64,000 bases of DNA from Methanoregula sp. (lineage in GTDB: Archaea > Halobacteriota > Methanomicrobia > Methanomicrobiales > Methanospirillaceae): assembly GCA_041652515.1 (NCBI GenBank), contig JBAZHD010000005.1, positions 3,690 to 67,689 on the forward strand, written 5' to 3'. This document shows positions 32,311 to 41,549 of the stretch, piece after piece. A model generated the notes under the pieces. The model was not told where the DNA came from. It saw nothing but the letters and a program-made list of their open reading frames with translations, and made no database searches. Positions within the stretch are counted from its first letter, which is position 1. Each line of letters starts with the position of its first letter. Made by a program: the position numbers and the translations under genes.

Positions 32311-32690
32311 AGGTCCTCCTGGACGCCAATGCACTTATGATGCCGGCACAGTTCCAGCTCGATCTCTTCGACGAGATCCGTTCGATCCTCGGGGGATTTG
32401 AACCGGTAGTCTTAAGCAGCGTCATGAGTGAACTGGAAGGACTCTCCCATAACAAAGGCCGTGACGGTGCTGCAGCACGATGCGGTCTCGTACTCGGGAA
32501 AGAATGTACGATTGCAGACTCGAGAGAGCTGGAGTCCAAATCCGTCGACGCACAGGTTATTGAATATGCAGCGCAGATGGGTTGTATTGTTGTCACGAAC
32601 GACCGGCGGATACGGGATGCATTGTTTACACGCGGGATCGGTGTAATATCAATGAGAAAACAGAAGAAACTGGAATTATTGCGGAGATAG
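32307..32690 (+). CDS. PIN-domain protein (Fcf1/Utp24-like); start codon uncertain
   Basis: [22 protein letters not shown] residues; conserved position between aIF2g and rpoE'. Confidence 0.85.
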   Translation, partial: VKVLLDANALMMPAQFQLDLFDEIRSILGGFEPVVLSSVMSELEGLSHNKGRDGAAARCGLVLGKECTIADSRELESKSVDAQVIEYAAQMGCIVVTNDRRIRDALFTRGIGVISMRKQKKLELLRR

Positions 32691-32694
32691 GAAA

Positions 32695-33336
32695 ATGTAT
32701 CACAAACTGATGCTTGAGGATAAGGTACGGGTGCCCCCCCAGCGGCTGGGTGAAAAACTCGAGAAGGTCATACTCGATGTCCTGCAGGAGCAGCTTGAAG
32801 GCAGCATCGATAAGGAGATCGGGATTTTTATCTGTATCACGAAAGTACACGACGTTGGTGAGGGAGAACTCGTCCCAGGTGACGGCGGTGTATATTATGA
32901 CGTGAAATTCGAGGCTATGGTGCTCCGGCTTGCCCTCCAGGAAGTCATAGAGGGAATTGTCGTTGAGACCACCAGTTTCGGGGCGTTTGTCAGCCTTGGC
33001 CCGATCGACGCGATGCTGCACGTGAGCCAGATATCGGATGAATACATCAACTATGATGAGAAGAATGCCCGCCTCATCTGCCAGGAGTCAAAGAGATTCA
33101 TTGGCGTGGGTGATGTTGTCCGCGTGCGTGTTGTCACACTGTCCCTGAATGAACGGGAGCCGCGCGACAGCAAGATTGGCCTTACCATGAGACAGGCCGG
33201 CCTTGGTACAGCACTCTGGCTCGAAGAAGAAAGGATCAAGGAGAAAGAGAAAGCCGAACAGGCGACGGGTTCCGTAAAGGAAAAGGCACCTGAAAAGGCA
33301 AAAGGCAAGAGGAAGGAGCATGCCGCCGGCGAATAA
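32695..33336 (+). CDS. rpoE1: DNA-directed RNA polymerase subunit E' (Rpo7)
   Basis: VRVPPQRLG, GDGGVYY, S1 domain LHVSQI, KIGLTMRQ. Confidence 0.95.
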   Translation: MYHKLMLEDKVRVPPQRLGEKLEKVILDVLQEQLEGSIDKEIGIFICITKVHDVGEGELVPGDGGVYYDVKFEAMVLRLALQEVIEGIVVETTSFGAFVSLGPIDAMLHVSQISDEYINYDEKNARLICQESKRFIGVGDVVRVRVVTLSLNEREPRDSKIGLTMRQAGLGTALWLEEERIKEKEKAEQATGSVKEKAPEKAKGKRKEHAAGE

Positions 33337-33526
33337 GAAGAAACAAGGCAAAGTCTGCCGTGACTGTCACCGTGTCGTTGATGGCGAAAACTGCGTGATC
33401 TGCGGCACATCCAACTTAAGCGATGACTGGTCGGGTTATCTGGTTATCATTGACCCGGAAGCCTCTGAAGTAGCAAAAAGAATGAACATCAAGCTTCCCG
33501 GTCGTTACGCACTGAAGGTCCGCTGA
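33320..33526 (+). CDS. spt4: Transcription elongation factor Spt4 (RpoE'')
   Basis: CRDCH...CVICG...WSGYLVIIDP...PGRYALKVR. Confidence 0.95.
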   Translation: MPPANKKKQGKVCRDCHRVVDGENCVICGTSNLSDDWSGYLVIIDPEASEVAKRMNIKLPGRYALKVR

Positions 33527-34020
33527 TGCTCACACTTCCCGAAGAGCATCGCAGGCTCTTCAAGGAACCATTCGGTGTACTGTATCGATCGATGGACGAG
33601 ATTGTTCCCCTGATTGTGGGAAAAGACGTCTATACTGTAGGGGATGTCGTCACCCACAATCTTCAAAAAAAAGGAATAACACCCGCGGTTGCTATTGTCG
33701 ACGGGTATACCATGCGATCCCCGTGCAACAGGATGCCGGCAGTCCATGGTGAAAGTATCCAGGTGAAAAACCCTGCCGGCACAATAACGGACGATTTGAT
33801 CTGCGCGCTGGAGCGTGCGGTAAAAAATCCCCCGTCCACGATTATTGTTGACGGCGAAGAAGACCTCGCGGTAATTCCTCTCGTCCTGGCTGCCCAGGAT
33901 GGAGCAGTCATTCTGTACGGTCAGCCCCACAAAGGAGTTGTTCTCCGCACCGTTGACAGCGAAGCCCGTAAAACCGCCCAACAGCTCATTGCCCATTTTA
34001 TCCGTACGGTCAGGGATTGA
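33526..34020 (+). CDS. GTP-dependent dephospho-CoA kinase (DUF359)
   Basis: TVGDVVT, NPAGTIT, GEEDL, YGQP. Confidence 0.88.
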   Translation: MLTLPEEHRRLFKEPFGVLYRSMDEIVPLIVGKDVYTVGDVVTHNLQKKGITPAVAIVDGYTMRSPCNRMPAVHGESIQVKNPAGTITDDLICALERAVKNPPSTIIVDGEEDLAVIPLVLAAQDGAVILYGQPHKGVVLRTVDSEARKTAQQLIAHFIRTVRD

Positions 34021-34126
34021 ACCGTTACCAGATTCAATTTCTGTTATTCATTTCTCCATGAGCTGCAGGGATCTCCGGCAGGGTCATATTTTAAATAAAC
34101 CGGTTTCCAATAATTACAGGATATCG

Positions 34127-34426
34127 ATGGACTTTGAGATCACCAGCGATAAAAGGAATGAACTTTTATCCAGAAGAGAGGTTCAGTTTACTCTCAAATA
34201 CGATGGAGCAACTCCCTCCCGCATGCAGATCATTGGCAAACTCTGCGCCCTGCTCAATATCAAAGAGCACCAGATAACCCTTGACACGCTGCACAGCAGC
34301 TTTGGTAAAACTGAAATTACCGGTGCCGCACGCATCTATGACAGTGAAGAGAGCAGGAACAAAACCGAACGCCCGCACCTGGCAGCGCGCGGCATGCCCA
34401 AGCCCAAGGAAGAGGGAGCTGCATAA
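34127..34426 (+). CDS. rps24e: 30S ribosomal protein S24e
   Basis: [22 protein letters not shown]; start moved to ATG 34127. Confidence 0.93.
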   Translation: MDFEITSDKRNELLSRREVQFTLKYDGATPSRMQIIGKLCALLNIKEHQITLDTLHSSFGKTEITGAARIYDSEESRNKTERPHLAARGMPKPKEEGAA

Positions 34427-34428
34427 CC

Positions 34429-34614
34429 ATGGCGGCAGCAAAGAAGGCAGCAGCCGCAAAAGGGCCCAAGAGAGGGGCATACTTCAAGGTAGAAGGCGCC
34501 AAGGTCACCACAGAAAAGAAATACTGCCCCCGCTGCGGACCCGGCTTTATCATGGCAGACCACAAGGACCGGACCACCTGCGGCAAATGCGGGTATACTG
34601 AATTCAGAAAATAA
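34429..34614 (+). CDS. rps27ae: 30S ribosomal protein S27ae
   Basis: [25 protein letters not shown]. Confidence 0.95.
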   Translation: MAAAKKAAAAKGPKRGAYFKVEGAKVTTEKKYCPRCGPGFIMADHKDRTTCGKCGYTEFRK

Positions 34615-34619
34615 GACCA

Positions 34620-36203
34620 ATGCCTGTTTTTGGGCAGATACTCGGGATTGAGGGTACAGCATGGAACCTCAGTGCCGCTCTTTTTGACCGCGATCTTCTT
34701 TTCCTTGTTTCACGACCCTACCGCCCGGCACAGGGGGGCATCCATCCGCGTGAAGCCGCCCAGCACCATGCATCGGTCATGAGGGATCTTCTCGGCGAGG
34801 TCCTGAAAGATCCACAGCAGATCACGGGAATCGCGTATTCACAGGGCCCGGGCCTTGGTCCCTGCTTAAGGACGGTTGCAACAGCTGCACGGTCACTTGC
34901 GCTGGCGCTGGATGTCCCCCTCGTGGGTGTCAATCATTGTGTCGCCCACGTTGAGATTGGGTGTTTTGCAACCGGGTGTAGTGATCCCGTTGTCCTGTAT
35001 GCAAGCGGGGCAAATACCCAGGTCATAGGATACCTGAACGGGCGGTACCGGATCTTTGGCGAAACGCTCGATATCGGGATAGGAAACGCACTGGACAAGT
35101 TCGCCCGTTCAAAAGACCTCCCGCATCCCGGAGGTCCCCTCCTCGAGAACCTGGCAAAAGAGGGGCAGTATATTGAACTGCCCTACACGGTCAAGGGAAT
35201 GGATCTTGCATTCTCCGGGCTGGTCTCGGCGGCAAAAGAGAGCGGTGCACCACTGCGGGATATCTGTTACAGCCTGCAGGAGACTGCCTTTGCCATGTGC
35301 GTGGAGGTGACCGAGCGCGCGCTGTCGCTAACGGGTAAGAATGAGGTCCTGCTTGTTGGCGGTGTCGGGGCGAACCGGCGTCTGCAGGAAATGCTGCGGA
35401 TCATGTGCGAGGAACGCGGAGCCCGGTTTTTTGTTCCGGAACAGAAATATCTCGGGGATAACGGGGCTATGATCGCATATACCGGAAAGCTGATGCTGGA
35501 GAGCGGAGTCTCGCTCCCGGTTGAAACTTCGCAGATCAATCCCTCCTTCCGTTCCGATGAAGTGGAGGTAACATGGAAACATGATGCATCGTCGCAGCCC
35601 AATCTCCCCCCGGATCATGGAGTCTCGCAGAAGCGCGGTGCAGAAGCGTTGATCACAATCAGCGGCACGATGGCAGAAAAACACCGCGTATCGAAACGAT
35701 ACCGCGTACCTGCCCTTGACCGGAGGCTGATTGCTGAACGGACACGGGCCGAGGCACGCCTGATCGCAGCCGCACGCAAAGGAGGGGTGCCCACACCTGT
35801 CATGAGCGATATTACCGCAGATACTATCACGATGGAATACGTGGAAGGGACACTCCTCACCGATAATTTGTCCGGAACAACGGTGGAGGAAGCCGGGCGT
35901 ATGGTCGGGAAGCTGCATACCGCAGGGATCATGCACGGCGATCTGACAACGAGCAACCTGATCCTGCGTAAAAGCGACGGGAGATGCGTGCTGATCGATT
36001 TCGGTCTTTCGCAGGTAACAACCGAGATCGAGCAGAGGGGTGTCGACATCCATGTTTTTTTCCAGACACTGGAGAGCACTGCACCTGATAGGGCGGAATT
36101 GTTAAAAACTGCCTTTATTACCGGATATACAGAGACCTTTGGAGGAGCCGCTGACGTGATCCACCGTGAACATGAGATTGAGCTGCGGGGGAGATACTTA
36201 TGA
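34620..36203 (+). CDS. kae1: Bifunctional Kae1/Bud32 (t6A synthase / protein kinase)
   Basis: LGIEGTA, GGIHPREAA, VNHCVAH, DNGAMIA, then GAEA, HGDLTTSN, IDFGL, RGRY. Confidence 0.95.
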   Translation: MPVFGQILGIEGTAWNLSAALFDRDLLFLVSRPYRPAQGGIHPREAAQHHASVMRDLLGEVLKDPQQITGIAYSQGPGLGPCLRTVATAARSLALALDVPLVGVNHCVAHVEIGCFATGCSDPVVLYASGANTQVIGYLNGRYRIFGETLDIGIGNALDKFARSKDLPHPGGPLLENLAKEGQYIELPYTVKGMDLAFSGLVSAAKESGAPLRDICYSLQETAFAMCVEVTERALSLTGKNEVLLVGGVGANRRLQEMLRIMCEERGARFFVPEQKYLGDNGAMIAYTGKLMLESGVSLPVETSQINPSFRSDEVEVTWKHDASSQPNLPPDHGVSQKRGAEALITISGTMAEKHRVSKRYRVPALDRRLIAERTRAEARLIAAARKGGVPTPVMSDITADTITMEYVEGTLLTDNLSGTTVEEAGRMVGKLHTAGIMHGDLTTSNLILRKSDGRCVLIDFGLSQVTTEIEQRGVDIHVFFQTLESTAPDRAELLKTAFITGYTETFGGAADVIHREHEIELRGRYL

Positions 36204-36760
36204 AGATCACAATGGTTACCAGCAATGCAGGCAAGGCCGCAGAAGTGGCAGCGTTCTTCGGAGGGCTGCTTGAGGTGGATCATGTGGCTCTCGATGTCCC
36301 GGAACACCGTTCCAATGACATTGCAGAGATCGCACGGGGGAAAGCCCGGTACTCATACAGCAAACTGAAGACCCCGCTCATCGTAGACGATACCGGTTTT
36401 TTTATTGATGGGCTGGACGGCTTTCCCGGCCCCTATGCGGCATATGTCCTGGATTCCATTGGTAACGCCGGCATCCTTAAACTGATGGAGGGCATTTCAG
36501 ACCGCAACGCCCGGTTTACGACTGGGATTGCCTATGCTGATGAACACGGTATTGAGGTATTCACCGGCACGCTGGAGGGGAAGATCGCCGTTTGCCCCCG
36601 GGGGAACAACGGGTTCGGGTACGATCCGATCTTTGAACTGGGTACAAAGACGCTTGCCGAGATCTCCATCGAAGAGAAAAGCAGGATCTCCCACCGTGCC
36701 CGGGCACTCTCTGGCTTCCATGAATGGTTTGTTGCACAGAGGGGTAAAAACCGCGAATAA
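36200..36760 (+). CDS. Non-canonical purine NTP pyrophosphatase (RdgB/HAM1)
   Basis: TSNAGK, VDDTG, FPGPY, GFGYDPIF, SHRARA. Confidence 0.93.
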   Translation: MKITMVTSNAGKAAEVAAFFGGLLEVDHVALDVPEHRSNDIAEIARGKARYSYSKLKTPLIVDDTGFFIDGLDGFPGPYAAYVLDSIGNAGILKLMEGISDRNARFTTGIAYADEHGIEVFTGTLEGKIAVCPRGNNGFGYDPIFELGTKTLAEISIEEKSRISHRARALSGFHEWFVAQRGKNRE

Positions 36761-36818
36761 CACAAACGGTTAATATGTCTCACAGCTTTGTTATAAGGGC
36801 AGACAGGAGTGTTTCATA

Positions 36819-36965
36819 ATGGCAAAGTTTCCAGAAGCCGAAGCCCGGCTACTCAACGTGAAAATATGCATGCACTGTAACGCACGCAATGCAATCCGCG
36901 CAACCACCTGCCGCAAATGCGGCTACGCAAACCTGCGTCCCAAGAACAAGGAACGAAAGGCGTAA
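36819..36965 (+). CDS. rpl40e: 50S ribosomal protein L40e
   Basis: Manual translation [48 protein letters not shown]; GGAG SD; below the ORF-track cutoff. Confidence 0.95.
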   Translation: MAKFPEAEARLLNVKICMHCNARNAIRATTCRKCGYANLRPKNKERKA

Positions 36966-37065
36966 TCTTTCAATTCTATATCGTTCTTTTTTCAGGTTTT
37001 GTCAGGTATCTGAACGGACCTGAACAGGTTTTTATATTAAAAACAAACGGGGATTGAACCCGTAA

Positions 37066-37716
37066 TCATGCTGCGTAATACGTTACGCGCTTGCCTTTCT
37101 TGGCATATTCGCCGGCAAACGTTTCGAGGTTACGTTTGTACCCGATACGGTCGACAAACCCCAGCTCGCGGAGCTTTTCCCGGACACGCATGACGTCGGG
37201 TTCATCTGCCCAGTCTTTTGTATACACGTAAATTACCTTGCGGTCGTCGCGGGAATCGGGATTGGGTTTGGCTGTGCTGACTTTTGTTGATATTCCCAGT
37301 TCTCCTGCTACAGTCGCATCTCTCACCTTCTTCCAGGAAGCATCAACCTGATCCGGCTCCTGGAAGATGAGCCACTTGCCCGCATTCTCGTCTTCGATTG
37401 CTTCCGGTGCGCTCCCCGGGGCATCCAGCACGATCCAGTACATCTGCGTGGTCTTTGTCGGGAGGACCCCTTCACCGTTACAGAGCATGGTGTATATTGT
37501 TTCAGGATCGGAAAACCGCTGCAGCATAGCTTCAGCGAGCTGGGGATATTCCTCCCTGAATTTCTCAAGAATTGAGGTGAGATCCGGCCTGAAGTCAACA
37601 CCGCCTTCGACCAGCGCGTAGAGGTACTTGTCCTGGGCACGGAGGATGCGGTTCAGGAGGTGCTCGAAGATGCCGTATGCCACATCTGCCAGCGCTTCGG
37701 GATCGACTTCAACCAT
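37066..37716 (-). CDS. DUF1917-like protein
   Basis: GKWLIF, KVSTA, VIYVYTKD...DVMRVREKLRELG, GYK motif set. Confidence 0.75.
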   Translation of the reverse strand: MVEVDPEALADVAYGIFEHLLNRILRAQDKYLYALVEGGVDFRPDLTSILEKFREEYPQLAEAMLQRFSDPETIYTMLCNGEGVLPTKTTQMYWIVLDAPGSAPEAIEDENAGKWLIFQEPDQVDASWKKVRDATVAGELGISTKVSTAKPNPDSRDDRKVIYVYTKDWADEPDVMRVREKLRELGFVDRIGYKRNLETFAGEYAKKGKRVTYYAA

Positions 37717-37899
37717 GAGTATCAGTCCGATGTTGGCAAAAAAATAGTTTTGGTATTGGATCCCGCTTGGGCAACACAGGTTCACCAATTTAAAACACCG
37801 TCATGCAGGTTATCCCCGCTCTTAATCGGAAGAGAATACGCGCGAATAATTGCAATTGTCGAATGATTTAAAAGCGCATGATACGAACATGTACAAATT

Positions 37900-38787
37900 A
37901 TGGAATGGAAACGTGACTGGGGCCTGACAGCCAGAGTGTGGTTAACAGGGCTGTTACTGTTACTGCTCTATCTCGTCTTCATGACGATACTCTTAGCGTA
38001 CGGTGTGAATTACATATTCATAATCCTCCTTGCCGTGGGTATGGGATTATTCCAGTATTTCTTCTCGGATAAACTCGTCCTCATGTCAACCGGGGCCCAC
38101 GTTGTCGCAGAGGATGAGTATCCCGAGCTCCACCAGATGGTCGGGAGGCTGTGTAAAGAGGCAGAGCTTCCCATGCCGAAAATCGCCATCATGAAGAGCC
38201 CGATGCCGAATGCGTTTGCTACCGGCCGTAACCCGAGCCATGCGGTGGTAGCATGCACCGATTCGATTATGCGTCTCCTGACCCGGGACGAACTCGAGGC
38301 AGTACTTGCCCATGAGCTTGCACATGTCAAGAACCGCGACATCCTGACGATGACACTCGCCAGTTTCATCGCCATGATCTCCTCATTGATCATGCAGAGC
38401 TTCTTCTTCTCCGCACTCTTCGGAGGGAACAACCGGGAAGGCAATCTCGTCGGCATGATCATCATCTGGGTTGTGTCTATTATCGTCTATATCGTCAGCA
38501 CCCTCCTGATCATGGCTCTCTCCCGGTACCGCGAATTCGCAGCAGACCGGGGCAGCGCCCTGATCACGAGGAATCCCCGGGCGCTTATCTCTGCACTCAG
38601 TAAAATCAGTGGCAGAATCGATGTCCTCCCGGACCAGGTAAAAGAGCCGGTTGCAAGTGCAAATGCGTTCTTCATTATTCCGGCGTCGACAAAAAGTTTC
38701 CTTCGGGAATTAACCTCGACCCACCCGTCGCTCGACAAGAGAATCGCAAACCTCGAGAAGGTCGAATCCGAACTCAGAGGCTATTGA
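37900..38787 (+). CDS. htpX: Zinc metalloprotease HtpX
   Basis: PNAFATG, HELAH, SRYREFAADRG, STHP. Confidence 0.95.
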   Translation: MEWKRDWGLTARVWLTGLLLLLLYLVFMTILLAYGVNYIFIILLAVGMGLFQYFFSDKLVLMSTGAHVVAEDEYPELHQMVGRLCKEAELPMPKIAIMKSPMPNAFATGRNPSHAVVACTDSIMRLLTRDELEAVLAHELAHVKNRDILTMTLASFIAMISSLIMQSFFFSALFGGNNREGNLVGMIIIWVVSIIVYIVSTLLIMALSRYREFAADRGSALITRNPRALISALSKISGRIDVLPDQVKEPVASANAFFIIPASTKSFLRELTSTHPSLDKRIANLEKVESELRGY

Positions 38788-38971
38788 TCTTTTTTCCGTC
38801 CTGGAAATTTCATTATTTTTCATGGGAGATGCAGGGATCGGGTCGTACAGAATTTTTCCCATTTTTCCTGAGAGGATCTCTCAATCGTCCTGCTCCGTAA
38901 GAACCGGGCTTTTTGGGGAATTGCAAACCGTTTATATTATATCCCCGGGCACTCCAGTCAGATAATAGGGC

Positions 38972-40372
38972 ATGAATACCGAACCAACTTCTGTACTCCT
39001 TATTGACGACGATGTAACCCTATTGGAAATGATCAAGCTGATGGCAGAGCGGTCGCGGGAGATGACCATCCAGACCGCCCAGTCCGCAAAGGAAGCCCTC
39101 ACCACCCTCGCCCAGAAAAGTTTCGATGTCATCATCGTTGATTACGATATGCCGGAGATCAACGGGATTGAGTTTTTAAAAATCCTGAGGAAACACGGGG
39201 ACACAACACCCATCATTGTGTTTACCGGTCGCAGCGGGGAATACACTGCTATTGAGGCATTGAACAACGGCGCAAATTTTCTCTTAAAAAAAGGAGAGGA
39301 CCCCCGTCACCAGTTCCGCGATCTGGTGACCATGGTCAAGCGGGCAATGGAGCGCAGTTCCCTGGGAAGGGCCCTTGGCACAACGCAGAGGATCATTGCT
39401 GACATGATCAACTTTTCCTCTGATCCCTGTTTTGCCGTTGATCGGGAGGGCAAGGTTGTTGCCTGGAATGATTCAATGGAGCAGCTGACCGATATTCCTG
39501 CAGACGCAATGATGGGAAAAGGTGACAATATCTATTCTGAACCCTTTTTCGGGACACGGAAAAAAATGCTCGTAAACCTTGTCTTCGAACCGGATGAAGA
39601 GATCAAACGCCAGAAATATATGCTTGTCAGCAGGGTCCCGAAAGGTCAGGTTATCGCGGTCATCCGCGGGCAGAAAAAAAACGGGGGGGAATGGACGCTC
39701 TGGATGAAGGCAATGCCGGTGTATGACAGCCAGGGCCAGTATATCGCATCCGTTGGTACCGTACGCGATGTAACAACAACATTCAGTGATGTTACTGTCC
39801 GTGATTCACGGCTTGATGAGGCCGCCCGGATTGCAGAAGCTGCATCCGCGATGCCCAAAAAATCCAAGGGGGGTTTATTCGGTAAGATCCTCGGGAAGTC
39901 CTCATCACATTATAAGGACGGCGTTATCCTGTATGTGAAGGAGAAGAAGTTTGCTGAGGCAATCGCTGAATTCGACAAGGCCATCGAGCTGGACGATAAA
40001 CTCGCGTATGTCTGGAACGACCGGGGCACCTGTTTCCGGGAGATGGGGGATCACACCAGTGCCCTCAAATCCCTGCTGCGGGCGGTCGAACTCTCACCGG
40101 ATAGTCCCGAATATCTCTTCAACCTGGGCGAGACACTCGAGATGATCGGTGTCATGTACATGAGCAACAAATATCTCGATTCCGCCATCCAGACCTTTAA
40201 AATGGTAGTGAACCAGATGCCCAACAATGCCAGCGCGTGGAATCATCTTGGTGTATGCTTCAAGGAGATGGGAAAAGCAGATGAGTCCAAGTTCTACTTC
40301 GATCGTTCCCGGGATATTACTCTCTGGAAAAAGGATACGCCAATAAAGCGCAAGCGTGACGAGTTCACCTGA
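38972..40372 (+). CDS. Response regulator with receiver, PAS and TPR domains
   Basis: LLIDDD...VDYDMPEING...K receiver; AVDREGKVVAWN...RDVT PAS; C-terminal TPR repeats. Confidence 0.85.
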   Translation: MNTEPTSVLLIDDDVTLLEMIKLMAERSREMTIQTAQSAKEALTTLAQKSFDVIIVDYDMPEINGIEFLKILRKHGDTTPIIVFTGRSGEYTAIEALNNGANFLLKKGEDPRHQFRDLVTMVKRAMERSSLGRALGTTQRIIADMINFSSDPCFAVDREGKVVAWNDSMEQLTDIPADAMMGKGDNIYSEPFFGTRKKMLVNLVFEPDEEIKRQKYMLVSRVPKGQVIAVIRGQKKNGGEWTLWMKAMPVYDSQGQYIASVGTVRDVTTTFSDVTVRDSRLDEAARIAEAASAMPKKSKGGLFGKILGKSSSHYKDGVILYVKEKKFAEAIAEFDKAIELDDKLAYVWNDRGTCFREMGDHTSALKSLLRAVELSPDSPEYLFNLGETLEMIGVMYMSNKYLDSAIQTFKMVVNQMPNNASAWNHLGVCFKEMGKADESKFYFDRSRDITLWKKDTPIKRKRDEFT

Positions 40373-40568
40373 AAGAAGACATTTGGGCTGGACAGTCCTC
40401 TTCTTTTTCTCCGGGCAGTGCTTTACCGGTTTTTCATAATGAACAACCCTCAGGTTCTGGCAGTTCAACATCCTGTCCGTGTGAGAGAGTTTCCGAAAAC
40501 TCCAGAATCCATGAAACACGCTGAGGTAACACTTAATACTCCTCCCCCCCAAAATTGTAGAGCACAGT

Positions 40569-40639
40569 GCATCGATGGTCTAGAGGTATGACTTAGGCCT
40601 TCCAAGCCTATAGCCCGGGTTCGATTCCCGGTCGATGCA
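40569..40639 (+). tRNA. tRNA-Gly(TCC)
   Basis: GCATCGA/TCGATGC acceptor stem; TAGGC-CTTCCAA-GCCTA anticodon arm; GGTTCGATTCC T-arm; CCA not encoded. Confidence 0.95.
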
Positions 40640-40643
40640 TTTG

Positions 40644-40717
40644 GGGCTCGTGGTCTAGTTGGCTATGACGTCGCCTTCACACGGCGAAGATCTCGAGTTC
40701 GAATCTCGACGGGCCCA
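40644..40717 (+). tRNA. tRNA-Val(CAC)
   Basis: GGGCTCG/CGGGCCC acceptor stem; TCGCC-TTCACAC-GGCGA anticodon arm; GTTCGAATC T-loop; 4 nt after tRNA-Gly. Confidence 0.95.
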
Positions 40718-40829
40718 TGTCTGTTTTGTGCGTTTTTTTCATGCTCTGGAGAAACATACATGAACCGATCCGGTTCACATCCAAACCATCCATGGATCGA
40801 TTTTACCGGAAGAACCTGAATCCGGTTCT

Positions 40830-41186
40830 GCGATCAAAATCGGATCGCGATTGATCCGGATTTGTTTTTAATCGCGGTCATGATCGCGATTGCGGTTTTA
40901 AAATCGCGATCCGATTGCGAAATGAAAATCGCTGATCGATTTCAAGATCAAAATCGCTGATCGATTTTCACATGAAAATCGGGATCCGATTTCACGTTCC
41001 GTCTGTACATGCGGTCTCAAAACCGGTTTTCAATCGCTGATCGATTTGAAAATGAAAAACGCTGATCGATTTTGATCCGGAATTCGCTGATCGATTTTAA
41101 GATCGAAATCGATCAGCGATTTTTCCGGAACGATTTTCATTCGCGATCGTGATCGCGATTGCAGTTTTAAAATCGGGACCCGATTG
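40830..41186. repeat. GATC-rich 25-bp-period palindromic repeat element, copy B (inverted relative to copy A)
   Basis: Cores at 40839, 40903, 40928, 40953, 40978, 41033, 41058, 41083, 41108, 41172; 20-bp palindromes at 40871 and 41140; reverse complement aligns collinearly with 16276-16590. Confidence 0.92.
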
Positions 41187-41224
41187 CGAAAGGATGCTCT
41201 TTTGAAATCATTACTTTTCGTTAT

Positions 41225-41505
41225 AACGCTTCAGGGGCTTCGACTTGCCCAATCCCCCCAGGGATAACGCAGTTGACGATTCGTCAGCGATCAACCCCCC
41301 ACAACTCATATGTGAGAACATTGCGAGAAATGGCTCTTATAATGGAAGTTCCATGCGAACCGGCACCATGCCCGTTCCGCAAAAAAAGTGCTTTACTCAC
41401 ATTTGAGTCAGGGATGGTTGGTGGTCCCACCCCCCCCAACTTTTTTTGGGGGGATGGAGGTACCCCCTTCCGTTTCGGCCGCAACAAGCCCGTGTTCCAG
41501 CCAAT
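41225..41505. other. Hairpin-dense non-coding element (candidate structured RNA or MITE-like repeat)
   Basis: Five or more short inverted repeats and several homopolymer runs; overlapping ORFs on both strands show no recognisable protein features. Confidence 0.4.
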
Positions 41506-41549
41506 GATATAAGGTCCCCCATCCAAATCTTTCAGACACAGGATCAGCC

